Below are positions 44,501 through 54,989 of a DNA stretch of 64,000 nucleotides, piece by piece. How positions within the stretch are numbered: position 1 is the stretch's first letter; every line of letters begins with the position of its first letter. The translations under genes and the position numbers were made by a program. The stretch is taken from contig CAVQAL010000010.1 of assembly GCA_963710575.1 (NCBI GenBank), positions 71,533 to 135,532 of the forward strand, read 5' to 3'. The notes beneath the pieces were generated by a model. It was not told where the DNA came from, did no database searches, and worked only from the letters and a program-made list of their open reading frames with translations. This DNA is from an uncultured delta proteobacterium (GTDB lineage: Bacteria; Desulfobacterota; Syntrophia; Syntrophales; Smithellaceae).

Positions 44501-45649
44501 ATGAAAAAGAAGATATCATTCATATTCGGTACACGCCCCGAAGCAATTAAACTTAGCCCGCTGATTCTGGCATTAAAAAATCACCCCGATATTGAGGCAC
44601 ATGTCTGTGTTACCGCGCAGCATCGTGAAATGTTGGATCAGGTCCTTGAAGTATTTGACATACAGCCGGATGTTGACCTTAACTTAATGCAGCCTAACCA
44701 AACTCTTGCAGGATTAACGGCGGAAACCATTTCCGCCATTGATAGCTACCTTGTGGAGCACAAGCCAGACATGGTAATTATCCAAGGCGATACAACAACG
44801 GTTTTTTGCGCTGCCTTATGCGCATTTTACCACCAGATTCCCATAGGCCATGTTGAAGCCGGACTACGCACATGGAATAAGTATTCTCCATTTCCTGAGG
44901 AAACAAATCGTGTTTTGGCATCACACCTTAGCACTTTACATTTCGCCCCGACAAACAAATCAAGAGACAATCTTATAAAAGAAGGCATATCGCCCAACAG
45001 GATTTATGTTACAGGGAATACGGTGATTGACGCTCTATTCATTGCCCTTGAAAAGATAAAAACCGAACCGCCGGATATATCAGGCCTTCCGCAACAACTG
45101 TTACAGCGAGGCGCAAATGAGCCTCTGATTTTGATTACCGGCCATCGGCGTGAGAACTTCGGAGAAGGTTTTAAAAATATCTGCCAGGCCATATCAAAAC
45201 TTGCAGAAAGATTTCCTAATGCCGCGTTTATCTATCCCGTTCATCTTAACCCGAATGTAAAAAGCCCTGTATTCAATCTTCTGAGCAAATATAAAAATAT
45301 ACATTTGATTGAACCACTGAGCTACCTGCCATTTGTCGCGCTTATGAATCGCGCAAAAATCATTCTCACAGATTCCGGTGGAGTGCAGGAAGAAGCACCT
45401 TCTCTAGGCAAGCCAGTGCTCGTGATGAGAGAAACGACGGAAAGGCCGGAAGCTGTGGAAGCGGGAACGGTAAAGCTTGTGGGAACTGACCCCGCGCTTA
45501 TCTGCTGTGAAGCAGAGAACCTTTTGAATAGCACAGAGGCCTACAAAGCCATGTCTCGCGCGCATAATCCCTATGGAGATGGGCAGGCTACTCATAGGAT
45601 CATAAATGCATTGCTAACATCCGAATGGAATAACTCTTGGGGCAAGTAA
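44501..45649 (+). CDS. wecB: UDP-N-acetylglucosamine 2-epimerase (non-hydrolysing)
   Basis: The motifs FGTRPEAIKLSPL, VQGDTTT, HVEAGLRT, TDSGGVQEEAPSLGKPVLVMRETTERPE and NPYGDG are all present. Confidence 0.92.
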   Translation: MKKKISFIFGTRPEAIKLSPLILALKNHPDIEAHVCVTAQHREMLDQVLEVFDIQPDVDLNLMQPNQTLAGLTAETISAIDSYLVEHKPDMVIIQGDTTTVFCAALCAFYHQIPIGHVEAGLRTWNKYSPFPEETNRVLASHLSTLHFAPTNKSRDNLIKEGISPNRIYVTGNTVIDALFIALEKIKTEPPDISGLPQQLLQRGANEPLILITGHRRENFGEGFKNICQAISKLAERFPNAAFIYPVHLNPNVKSPVFNLLSKYKNIHLIEPLSYLPFVALMNRAKIILTDSGGVQEEAPSLGKPVLVMRETTERPEAVEAGTVKLVGTDPALICCEAENLLNSTEAYKAMSRAHNPYGDGQATHRIINALLTSEWNNSWGK

Positions 45650-45992
45650 AATAATCCCGCATATTCAATCTTTCGGACACTTAATAAAACTCGACGGTTT
45701 GCGTGGCATTACCATTTTGATGGTCATGATGCTTCATTTTTAAAACGAGACCATTATTGATGATGGTTATCTGTCATTGGTTTTATCAGAATTATATGGC
45801 GTTGAATTATTCTTTTTACTATCAGGCTTTCTCATCACAAAAATACTGCTAGATTCAAAGAATGCACCAAATCTCTTTCACATCTTTTATGTGCGAATGT
45901 TTCTCATAATATTCCCCATTATCAAAACTTGTGGTGAATTCGCATATTGCATAAATGTGTCTTACACACGGTTCTGCCTGATTGGAAGATAG
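45618..45992 (+). pseudogene. Acyltransferase-3 family gene remnant
   Basis: A single frame reads ...IKLDGLRGITILMVMMLHF*NETIIDDGYLSLVLSELYGVELFFLLSGFLITKILLDS.... This is the conserved N-terminal ~100 aa of OafA-type acyltransferases. There is no start codon and an in-frame TAA at 45741, and the rest of the gene is absent. Confidence 0.65.
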
Positions 45993-46038
45993 CCAAACAG
46001 AAAAGCAAGAACTCCTTCCATTTAAATTACTCACTAAA

Positions 46039-47502
46039 ATGACTTCACTGAAAGAAAAAAGTTTAAAAGGCCTGTTTTTTGATTTTACCGGCCGTATCGG
46101 TCTGCAAGGGGTAGGATTCTTTGTTTCAATTATCCTGGCTCGGATTCTGGCGCCTGAGGATTTTGGATTACTTGCCATTATTACGGTATTCATTAATTTG
46201 TCAGCCGTTTTTCTCGACTTTGGTTTTGGCACAGCCCTGATCCAACGAAGCGAAGTGCAAGAAAGCCATTATGCATCAGTATTTTATATGAATGTAGCTA
46301 TGGGGTCGGTTCTTGCCATACTTCTCTTTTTTGCGGCACCCTTTTTAGCCAAATTTTACGGAAATTCACAACTTACTAACCTTACCAGATTGATGTCGTT
46401 CAGTTTCATCATCAATTCATTTGGTATCGTACCTCGTGCTAGGTTACGACGCGAGATGAATTTCAAGATTATTTCCATCACAAATATATTAGCTGCGTTC
46501 GTCAGTGGAGTTATCGCAATATACATGGCGTGGAATGGTTATGGCGTCTGGAGCCTGGCTGTTCAAACCATTACCAACCAGTTTCTGGCCAATGTTTTAT
46601 TGTATTTTTTTTATCGCCAGCGCATCAAACTACGTTTCAGCATCCATTCCATACAAGAACTGTGGGGGATGGGTTCGCGCATATTTTTCAACGGAATTAT
46701 AGATACACTCTTCATTAATGCTGATTCTTTAATTATAGGGAAAGTTCTGAACACATCAATTTTGGGCTATTATTATAGGGCGAGATCTCTGGAAAATTTT
46801 ACTTTTCGTTACACTTCATCAACATTAGCCAACGTTTTCCTTCCCGGCATAAGTTCTCTGCAGACTGATCCTGAAAGATTGAAACAGGCTGTAATAAAAA
46901 TTTTTCATATACTGTCCTTCATTTCATTTTTAGGATGTGGTTTACTGCTGGTGACCAGCCGCGAAATAATTATCCTACTTTTCTCTGCCAAATGGGAACC
47001 AACTGTAATTATGTTTCAGATTATTATTTCTTGCGGCTTTGCTTCGCAGATTTTCGGACTGTTCTACACCACGCTCATAAGCACGGGTAATGTTAATAAA
47101 TATCTGACTATCAATGCAGTGAACAAAATCTTGTTATTTCTTAATTTCGGTGTTCTTATTGCGTGGGGAATAAATACATATCTTATCTTTTTCACGGTTA
47201 TCATGCTAATCACATTCTTTATGGGAATGTTCTCTGTTACCACATTATTGCATCTAGGTGGTCTTCTATATGGGCAAACCATAAAATATATTTTCGTTTA
47301 CTGCAGCTCGATTGTTTTGATCTTTATTATCAAAAATATTTATTCTATAAATAATCTTTATGTCAGCTTTCTATTGACAGCATTAAGCTTCCTCTTTATT
47401 TTTCTTTTTTTAGCATGGGTGGCAAAATGTGAAGGCATGAAATTGCTGGCTGCGGAATTAGTTAAACATTTACGGAAATGGGGCAGGAGAAATAATGTTT
47501 AA
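46039..47502 (+). CDS. Wzx-type polysaccharide flippase (MOP superfamily)
   Basis: The start is moved to MTSLKEKS. The protein is about 487 aa with ~12-14 TM helices, and the N-terminus GLQGVGFFVSIILARILAPEDFGLLAI is typical of Polysacc_synt-type flippases. Confidence 0.75.
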   Translation: MTSLKEKSLKGLFFDFTGRIGLQGVGFFVSIILARILAPEDFGLLAIITVFINLSAVFLDFGFGTALIQRSEVQESHYASVFYMNVAMGSVLAILLFFAAPFLAKFYGNSQLTNLTRLMSFSFIINSFGIVPRARLRREMNFKIISITNILAAFVSGVIAIYMAWNGYGVWSLAVQTITNQFLANVLLYFFYRQRIKLRFSIHSIQELWGMGSRIFFNGIIDTLFINADSLIIGKVLNTSILGYYYRARSLENFTFRYTSSTLANVFLPGISSLQTDPERLKQAVIKIFHILSFISFLGCGLLLVTSREIIILLFSAKWEPTVIMFQIIISCGFASQIFGLFYTTLISTGNVNKYLTINAVNKILLFLNFGVLIAWGINTYLIFFTVIMLITFFMGMFSVTTLLHLGGLLYGQTIKYIFVYCSSIVLIFIIKNIYSINNLYVSFLLTALSFLFIFLFLAWVAKCEGMKLLAAELVKHLRKWGRRNNV

Positions 47503-47713
47503 TATCCTCGAATGGACGTTAGACGATTTCGGTCGACTCCGGGATATGTCTGTATTTGAGTACGATATTTTGAATGGGCGCACAAGGTTGTGTGAAGGGT
47601 TTTCATTGTGGATGGATTAGTTTGTGTGCTGCCGCGACCGTTCGTTGTATATAGCCACGTTGCTTTGTAAAGCCGAAGCGTTAGGATCTTCTAAGAAATA
47701 ATAAGGAACATAA

Positions 47714-48550
47714 ATGAAAACGACAAAACCAAATGTTACTGATCAGAACAAGATTATGTGGGGCTTATTAAGGTTGATTAGTTTTTTATCCCGTCATCCG
47801 AGACTTCGCCACATGTTCTTTAAAAGATTTATCCCTCTTCTGCCAATGCAGCTCAGAACTCCAACTTTGGAGCTTCATGGTTTCAGGATATGTCTCGATT
47901 TGATGGAGGAACTTGATTATTCATATGCAGAGGGTTTTTATGACAGAGAGGAGTTGGAGTTCTTGGTTGAGGCATATGAAAATGATTCGTATTTTGTGGA
48001 TATTGGAGCCAATATTGGTTTTTATTCACTATTTCTTAAACATAAATTGCCGCAGGCAAAAATAATCGCCTTTGAACCAGATCCTGTAAATATAGTCAAA
48101 CTAAAGAAAAATATTGCGCTGAACGGCTATACCGATGTCGCAATATGTGAATATGCTTTGTCAACGGACAATAAATCAAAACAGTTGATGATCAACATAA
48201 ATCGTAACAGAGGCGGAAACAGCCTTCTCCAGCCGCAGAAGACTTTCAACAAGAGTGACACTGAGGTAACCGTTAAGGTAGAATGTAAAACTCTCTTTGA
48301 TGCACTTAAAGAAAACGCTGTAAAGAAGGTCAGCGCTCTGAAAATTGACATCGAAGGTTTTGAGTATCCAGTATTGAAAAAGTTTTTTGAGGAGGCAGAC
48401 AGAGACCTTTTCCCTAAGGTCGTTGTCATGGAGGCATTTGGGAATAACATATCTGCCGCAGGAGGTAGTCCCATAGAATTAATGATTCTAAACGGGTATA
48501 AACTCGTTAATCATGATGCAAGCTGCAATTACTTTTTTCAACTGAAATAA
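47714..48550 (+). CDS. FkbM-family methyltransferase
   Basis: The SAM motif YFVDIGANIGFYSL, FEPDP and LKIDIEGFEY are present. Confidence 0.75.
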   Translation: MKTTKPNVTDQNKIMWGLLRLISFLSRHPRLRHMFFKRFIPLLPMQLRTPTLELHGFRICLDLMEELDYSYAEGFYDREELEFLVEAYENDSYFVDIGANIGFYSLFLKHKLPQAKIIAFEPDPVNIVKLKKNIALNGYTDVAICEYALSTDNKSKQLMININRNRGGNSLLQPQKTFNKSDTEVTVKVECKTLFDALKENAVKKVSALKIDIEGFEYPVLKKFFEEADRDLFPKVVVMEAFGNNISAAGGSPIELMILNGYKLVNHDASCNYFFQLK

Positions 48551-48632
48551 TGCTTCGCGTACGCTGACGCCCAATAATATCTATTCAGAATCCAATAAGC
48601 GTGGGTTATCATGACCCCAAAGAGTTGAAGAA

Positions 48633-49949
48633 TTGAAAATTCTTTTAGTCGGCCCAGATAAACTTGACAGCGAGTATGGCGGAGGGCAAGTCTATGTCAG
48701 AAATCTGATCGTGGGTTTGCTGAACAGTCAACATAATGTTGAATATCTATCTCTAGTTTTTTCAAATATTAAATATCCGCAGTTTAATCAACAAACGACA
48801 AATGGAATTCTTGCACGACAAATTGTTCTGCCTGTTTCATGGAAAGAAATAGATACTGATAAATTCGACTCGGCTATTGGTGTTTTAGCACAAGCCTTTC
48901 AAGACATATCGCCCGATATCGTCCATGCCCATGGCTGGAAAGAGCTTGCCTGCCTTGGTGCAAATAGAGCAGGCATCCCATGTGTGGTTACGGCACATCA
49001 TGGCGGCATAGTCTGCCCGGCTGGTGCACTACTCAACCATCATGATGAGATTTGCTCTGCACCCGTCGATCAACACGCCTGCCTTCCATGCTGTGTCCGA
49101 AATATTAGGGGGAGTAAGTTCTGGCTGCCACTGCTGCGGTTGATACCTCTTGATGTACAATTAAGATTTGGACGATGGTTGCAGACGCAAAGATTCATGT
49201 ATTTTATTACACCTCTTGGCACCTTGGCATTGTCCATCCATCAAAAGCTGGCCTCTATCGATACACTAGGCAGATACGCCAAGCGCCTGATCGCGCCATC
49301 CAATGCTATACGTGATGCTCTGGTTCGCAACGGCATTCCGGCAAGCAAGGTTTTGGTTGTGCCGCATGGAATACCGCTGCCACAGCGACAACCACTGCGC
49401 CCAGACATAGGTAAGGGGCCAATGCGCTTCCTATATTTAGGTCGCATCAGCTATGTCAAGGGCTTGCATGTAATGCTTGAGGCTTTCTCTGGTTTGCCGC
49501 ACGACGCATACGAACTGCATATCATTGGAGGTGCGGTTACTGAGCCGGATAAACGCTACCTGGCAAAACTACAACGGCGATATGCGTCGGTAAATACCAT
49601 TTGGCACGGATGTCAATCGCATGGGATGATACCTGAACACATAGCAGCTTGTGACGTGATGGTGCATCCGGCTATTTGTCTTGAGGTTTATGGTTTGACA
49701 ATGGCCGAAGCTCTCGCCGTTGGTCGCCCGGTGATTGCTACACGATGCGGTGGTGCAGAAATGCAGATTCGTGATGGAGAGAACGGCTTTTTGGTCTCTT
49801 CAAATGACCCTGCTGCGCTGGAAAATAAAATCGAATATTTATTGCACAATCCAGCCGAGATCCTGCGGCTTGCATCCAATATTCGGCCTGTCATGTCCCT
49901 GACAACACACGTGCAGGACCTACTTGCTATTTATCGGGAAGTGATATGA
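48633..49949 (+). CDS. Glycosyltransferase family 4 (with Cys-rich insert)
   Basis: The C-terminal GT-B motif is EVYGLTMAEALAVGRPVIATRCGGAEMQIRDGENGFLV. Five Cys residues lie between residues 128 and 154. It has a TTG start. Confidence 0.8.
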   Translation: MKILLVGPDKLDSEYGGGQVYVRNLIVGLLNSQHNVEYLSLVFSNIKYPQFNQQTTNGILARQIVLPVSWKEIDTDKFDSAIGVLAQAFQDISPDIVHAHGWKELACLGANRAGIPCVVTAHHGGIVCPAGALLNHHDEICSAPVDQHACLPCCVRNIRGSKFWLPLLRLIPLDVQLRFGRWLQTQRFMYFITPLGTLALSIHQKLASIDTLGRYAKRLIAPSNAIRDALVRNGIPASKVLVVPHGIPLPQRQPLRPDIGKGPMRFLYLGRISYVKGLHVMLEAFSGLPHDAYELHIIGGAVTEPDKRYLAKLQRRYASVNTIWHGCQSHGMIPEHIAACDVMVHPAICLEVYGLTMAEALAVGRPVIATRCGGAEMQIRDGENGFLVSSNDPAALENKIEYLLHNPAEILRLASNIRPVMSLTTHVQDLLAIYREVI

Positions 49950-50065
49950 AGATGGTTGTTGTGAATATTAGTTCTGCACGGCTTGTTGGGACGTCAAAGG
50001 AACGTATTATTGCAGAAACCGCGGAACTGCTGGTTAATCAGAAAACATACGACACTATTATATGA
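49946..50065 (+). pseudogene. 39-codon fragment resembling the C-terminal part of a UDP-GlcNAc 2-epimerase
   Basis: MKMVVVNISSARLVGTSKERIIAETAELLVNQKTYDTII aligns with the wecB segment AGTVKLVGTDPALICCEAENLLNSTEAYKAM (44501-45649 product). The rest of the gene is absent. Confidence 0.45.
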
Positions 50066-50096
50066 TTTTATCTATTGAATCAAACTGGACAACCTC

Positions 50097-51368
50097 ATGA
50101 CGCTAGCTTCTAAAAATCCCGAAATTTATGTTGCTCGGAAGCTGGAAGAGGCAGAACGTTTCGTACAGAACGCAGAAAAATCTCCGCTACACAAATTTCC
50201 ATCACGAATTTTTCTTTTTTCGTGGGTTCATTTTACAAACATTTTCTTATCCTTTCTACGTCGCATTCTTTTTAGATCCCTGAATACTTCGTCAAAAATT
50301 AATGGAATTGTTGTTTACACGGTCGGCATTCTTGGTGATAATGCGACGTTGCTCCCATCATTAAGGGCAATCAGGCAGCACTTCAGCAAAGCAACAATCA
50401 CGATTGTTACCAACTGTCAGCACTGGAACCCAGATGCTGCAGAAGGTATCCTTGGTCCTTCACCCTTCAAAGATCGGCTCATCATTCTGAACGACCATCC
50501 GGTTAGACGAGAAGGCTTCCATTTTGTTTATGACAAGGCACATTTTATAGATGTTCCCTGCGATCTTTTCATAAATTTTTCTCCTTTTGGTAATCGAGGC
50601 TGGCTGGGAGCCGTCTTGCGCGAGATGATTTTTGCGAGGTTCCTCGGCGCACGTCATGCGGTCGGATTCCGCATGTCAACCTTGAGCAGAGGCGCTCTTT
50701 TTAATCCAGTCCAATACCGCTTTGTCAGAAACGAACCACGGCGCGGCGCGGAAGTGCTTCGCGAACTTAATCTTGATGCGCTGATAAATGACGATTTATT
50801 TCCGGTATCGAAAGAAGCTCATAATGCGATGATAGCTAAGTTGGCGGCTGTTGCAGCCAAGAATAAACCTTTCTTTGTTTTGAATCCCGGGGCAAAATTC
50901 CAATCCAAGTGCTGGCCTGCTGAACGTTTTGGATTAGTCGCACGCCGCCTTTTCGAAAAATTCGGAGTAACGTCTGTTGTTATCGGGAATGTAGATGAGA
51001 TTGAAATTGCTAAAAAAGTAGTTGCATCATCCCAGGGTTGTGCGGTCAGTTTGGCGGGAGAAACAACTGTTCCCGAACTAATCGAACTTCTTCGCCATTC
51101 ATCAGGATGCGTCACTAATGATACGGGCACAATGCACCTTTCGGCATTATTGGAAATTCCGACAGTGGCGCTATTCAGTACACGCCACAGTCCGACCCAC
51201 TGGCTACCACAGGGGCGACGAATCACGTCGCTCTTCACATTGCTCGCCTGCCGCTATTGCTATGATGATGATTGCAATAAGCCAATATGCCTTCATGCCA
51301 TTGGTGTAGATGATGTAATGAAAAATCTTATTAACCTTATTAATGAACAGGGAGGCTTGAATGCCTGA
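50097..51368 (+). CDS. Glycosyltransferase family 9 (heptosyltransferase-like)
   Basis: The segments FFVLNPGAKFQSKCWPAERF, LAGETTVPELIELL and CVTNDTGTMHLSALLEIP are typical GT9 motifs. Confidence 0.7.
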   Translation: MTLASKNPEIYVARKLEEAERFVQNAEKSPLHKFPSRIFLFSWVHFTNIFLSFLRRILFRSLNTSSKINGIVVYTVGILGDNATLLPSLRAIRQHFSKATITIVTNCQHWNPDAAEGILGPSPFKDRLIILNDHPVRREGFHFVYDKAHFIDVPCDLFINFSPFGNRGWLGAVLREMIFARFLGARHAVGFRMSTLSRGALFNPVQYRFVRNEPRRGAEVLRELNLDALINDDLFPVSKEAHNAMIAKLAAVAAKNKPFFVLNPGAKFQSKCWPAERFGLVARRLFEKFGVTSVVIGNVDEIEIAKKVVASSQGCAVSLAGETTVPELIELLRHSSGCVTNDTGTMHLSALLEIPTVALFSTRHSPTHWLPQGRRITSLFTLLACRYCYDDDCNKPICLHAIGVDDVMKNLINLINEQGGLNA

Positions 51369-52530
51369 AAGGATAAGGCATGTTTTAATAGGACTCCCCG
51401 TCCTTCTAGTTGGAGGTACCGAAGTTCAAGCATTATCTCTTGTCAGGGCGCTTCTTTCTGGAGGATACAGGGTCACAGTCTGTTGCTATTATGAGTTTGA
51501 CGAAGAGGTTGCAATATGGTTTCGTGAAGCGGGAGCAGAGGTTTTATTGCTCCGACTCGTACGCGATCAGCAACGGTTTAGCATCGGCACTATATTACGC
51601 CTTGTTATGATGCTTTTTTCACTGTTTCGTCGGGTTCGGCCAGATGTAGTCCATATTCAATATCTTGCACCGGGACTTATCCCTGTTTTGGCGGCCAGTC
51701 TTGCGCGTGTTCCTGTAATATTTGCCACTGTTCATATTGCAGGCAGTATTGTCTATGGTAGGAAGGCCAAGACACTACTGAGGCTAGCCGCTCTTTTCTG
51801 TACTTGTTTCATCTGTGTTTCCCGCGGTGTTGAAGAATTCTGGTTCGGCGATAGTGAGATTTTCGATCCCGCCAATGTGAATAAAAGCCGAAAACATTTT
51901 ACGGTTTATAATGCAATTGACACGGTTGCTATTGCTAACGCTATAAGTGCTGTTGATAAGCATAAGATGAAAGAGATGCTTGGCATAGCGGGGCGACCGG
52001 TGATAGGTATTGTTGGACGTCTTGCCCATCAAAAGGGCCACACCATCTTGATCAATGCAATGGCAGAAGTAATTAAAGCATTTCCAGACGTTGTTCTTAT
52101 GATTATAGGCGAAGGTCCTGAGCGCAAAAAGCTGGGTGAAAAAGCTTCAGCGTTGAATATAAATAAAAATATTCTTTGGATGGGAGAACAACGGCAAAAT
52201 AAAGTTTTCGAGTTCTATGCAATTATGGACATCTTTGCCATGCCGTCGCTTTATGAAGGTTTTGGTCTTACCGCTGCAGAAGCGATGGCTGCGGATGTTC
52301 CCGTTGTGGAACTAAAGTTGAAGGGTTATCGGAAGTTATTGAAGATGGCGTTACGGGCTATCTTGTGCCAGCAGGTGACAGCTGGCATTTGGTGAAGCAG
52401 TGATTTAACTTCTTAAAGATCTCCCGAAAAGCTAAAGCTATTGGCCAAAATGGTTGTAAAAGAGCAGAAAGACTTTTTTCATTAAAACATTTCAGCGATT
52501 CAATGAAAGGGCTTTATAATATTTTAAAAT
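51361..52530 (+). pseudogene. Glycosyltransferase family 4, 3' end disrupted by frameshifts
   Basis: The intact frame reads to ...EGFGLTAAEAMAADVPVV. The expected continuation GTKVEGLSEVIEDGVTGYLVPAGD is in the +1 frame (GG at 52308-52309 where GGG is needed). The C-terminal KAKAIGQNGCKRAERLFSLKHFSDSMKGLYNIL follows an in-frame TGA at 52395-52397. The alternative frame QLAFGEAVI also ends in a stop. Confidence 0.65.
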
Positions 52531-53782
52531 GGTTGATAAAAAACTCCGCATTTTAATGTTTGCCCCTTTATGCTATCCGCCGGCAGGGTCTGAGGCGATA
52601 GTAACATCCAAACTTGTGCTCGCCATGATCGGTGCGGGATGGAATGTCAAGATTATTTCTCAGTCCGACTTCGGACATTTCTACCCAACTACCGATAACG
52701 ATAATTGGAAACCTCTTCTTTCTGTCGTTGACAATATTTCCGGCATGAGTGACCAAGGATTTATGGCGCATATCCTGGGCCCTGCATTAACAAATAAGCT
52801 TAGAACATTGTTATGGGTCATAAAAGCTATCTTTACAGGTCTTGTTGCTTTAAGAAAGGAAAGATATGATGTCTTGCTTTCCCGCGCCGCACCCCAATAT
52901 GGCCATTTACCGGCTTTAATTATAAATCGGATTGTGGGAATACCATGGATCGCAAACTGGAGCGATCCCATGCCACCCCAAAAGGCTCCGCCCCCTTATG
53001 GCGGAGGGATAGATGCCAAGATATCATTTTTTTTAAATATGTACTGCCGGGCAGTGTTTCGATATGCTGATTGGCATACATTTCCCTGTGAACGTTTGAT
53101 GAAATATTACTGGCGAATGGCACTAGAACTGGAAGGGAAAAGTTCCGTCATTCCGCACATTGCTTTTAAAAAATTTTGTGTCTCACAGGATCAAGAAAAG
53201 AATGTTTTTTCACTGTGTCATACCGGCAGCATTGCACTTCGTGATCCGTCTGTGTTCTTCGAAGGATTGAAGCGCTTTCTTAAAGATTATAAACCAACTA
53301 AAGAAGTAAAAGTTATTTTCATTGGTGATCCTGTGGACGAAATTCGCGCAAAAGCGCATGAGTCTGGCGTCGGTGATATTGTTTGGATAGAAGCACCGAA
53401 AACTTATGAGGAAACACAATCGCGTGCCGCATCGTCGAGTGTCCTTTTTGTAATTGAGGCAAAATGTGATGAAGGCATATTTTTCCCTTCTAAATTTGTT
53501 GATTTCATACAGACTGGCCGTCCTGTCCTTGCTATATCACCACGGGTTGGGACACTCTCCGACATTTTAAGTAAAAATGGAGGTGGTATCGCAGTTGATA
53601 ACCGTTCTCCCGATGAGATCTCATGTGCGTTAAATAAATTTTACACGACATGGGAAAAAGAGACGTTGACAACGACTTATGGGTCACATAAATTACTCAA
53701 TTATTTCTGTGAGGAGATCGTTATTTCGAAATATTCAGATATTTTCTTTCAATTGCACAGAAGGATGAAAGGTAATCAGTGA
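52529..53782 (+). CDS. Glycosyltransferase (GT-B fold, GT4-like)
   Basis: The N-terminus LRILMFAPLCYPPAGSEAIVTSKL, the size (417 aa) and the locus context support the call. No sharp motif was recognised. Confidence 0.5.
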   Translation: MVDKKLRILMFAPLCYPPAGSEAIVTSKLVLAMIGAGWNVKIISQSDFGHFYPTTDNDNWKPLLSVVDNISGMSDQGFMAHILGPALTNKLRTLLWVIKAIFTGLVALRKERYDVLLSRAAPQYGHLPALIINRIVGIPWIANWSDPMPPQKAPPPYGGGIDAKISFFLNMYCRAVFRYADWHTFPCERLMKYYWRMALELEGKSSVIPHIAFKKFCVSQDQEKNVFSLCHTGSIALRDPSVFFEGLKRFLKDYKPTKEVKVIFIGDPVDEIRAKAHESGVGDIVWIEAPKTYEETQSRAASSSVLFVIEAKCDEGIFFPSKFVDFIQTGRPVLAISPRVGTLSDILSKNGGGIAVDNRSPDEISCALNKFYTTWEKETLTTTYGSHKLLNYFCEEIVISKYSDIFFQLHRRMKGNQ

Positions 53783-53899
53783 ATCGTCTTAGAATGCCTA
53801 TATTTTTTTATGTAATATTTATATTTACGGTTCTCACTCTTGCCATTGGGGATATTACAATAGTTTACAATATAACAGGATGGGGATGGTTCGTTCCTT

Positions 53900-54970
53900 T
53901 TGTACTTTCAATTTTCATTCTTATCAGCAGCAAGACGCAGAGTTAATTTCCCATTTTTCTTATGGTTACCTTGGGGATTTTTTGTTTTAATATACTTAAT
54001 CATATCTGACTATCCTGCATTGCAGAGAAGCGCTCAACTGTTATGTCCGGTCATCGTAGGCATGGCCGCTTCGACGTTTCAATTTGACGAAGAAATGCTT
54101 ACCGTTTTTGTAAATCACTGTCGCTATTTGGCATTTGCCTTGCTTGGCATTGTGGGTATTAAGAGTGGTCTATTGCTTACGGGTAGCTTGCCGGATATAA
54201 CCGGTCTTGCAGCCGAAGTCATGACCGCGACACTCCTCGGCACATTATTTGTAGCGCAGTATACTATCGGTGACCGTAAAGGTTTGTATTGGTGGTTATT
54301 GATGTCATGCATTCCAATTATAGCCGTCACGAGAACGGCAATAGTTATAGCAGGACTAAGCCTGCCTTTGAATTTAGGTCCCATAAGAATAAGTAAAAGA
54401 ATTTTGTTTATATTAATAATATGTATTATTGGTATCAGTATATTCAACACACCAAGAGTGCAACAAAAAATGTTTTATACTGGAAGTGGTGAGATGAGCG
54501 ATGTTCTAAGCGATGATTTTAGAACAACAGGCAGATATGCTATGTGGGAACAGTTTGATGATGAAATTAGAAAAGAGCCGTGGTTCGGCCATGGCACAGG
54601 TGCAGGTGAAGCATTTACGCGTCAAATAACGCATGGCATTTCTGGATATCCTCATAATGACTGGTATTTATCATTGTATGATTTCGGAATTACCGGCACT
54701 ATAATCTTCGCCATGACGATTATCGTTTTTTCTGTAAATTTATATAAAGGATCTCAATTTTCAACAGGCACAGCAAAGTGTCTGTTCATCGCAGGAGCAT
54801 CCTCTTTTATCCCTTTCGCACTTTTTATGTTTACCGATAACATCATGGTGTACGCATCTTTTTTTGAAAATTTGCAGTTTACTATGATTGGTCTTGCTTA
54901 TGGCGCTTACCAGACAACTGTCGATAATGAAAATAGTTACCTATCCATTACTACAACAAACTTTGAGTAA
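53900..54970 (+). CDS. O-antigen ligase/polymerase family membrane protein (Wzy-like)
   Basis: There are about 9-10 TM helices and a periplasmic loop GHGTGAGEAFTRQITHGISGYPHNDWYLSLYDFGITG typical of the Wzy_C family. The start is TTG. A 50-codon two-TM ORF (53794-53946) in another frame overlaps the 5' end and may be the true N-terminus, displaced by a frameshift. Confidence 0.7.
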   Translation: MYFQFSFLSAARRRVNFPFFLWLPWGFFVLIYLIISDYPALQRSAQLLCPVIVGMAASTFQFDEEMLTVFVNHCRYLAFALLGIVGIKSGLLLTGSLPDITGLAAEVMTATLLGTLFVAQYTIGDRKGLYWWLLMSCIPIIAVTRTAIVIAGLSLPLNLGPIRISKRILFILIICIIGISIFNTPRVQQKMFYTGSGEMSDVLSDDFRTTGRYAMWEQFDDEIRKEPWFGHGTGAGEAFTRQITHGISGYPHNDWYLSLYDFGITGTIIFAMTIIVFSVNLYKGSQFSTGTAKCLFIAGASSFIPFALFMFTDNIMVYASFFENLQFTMIGLAYGAYQTTVDNENSYLSITTTNFE

Positions 54971-54989
54971 AGGAACACTCTGTGAAAAA

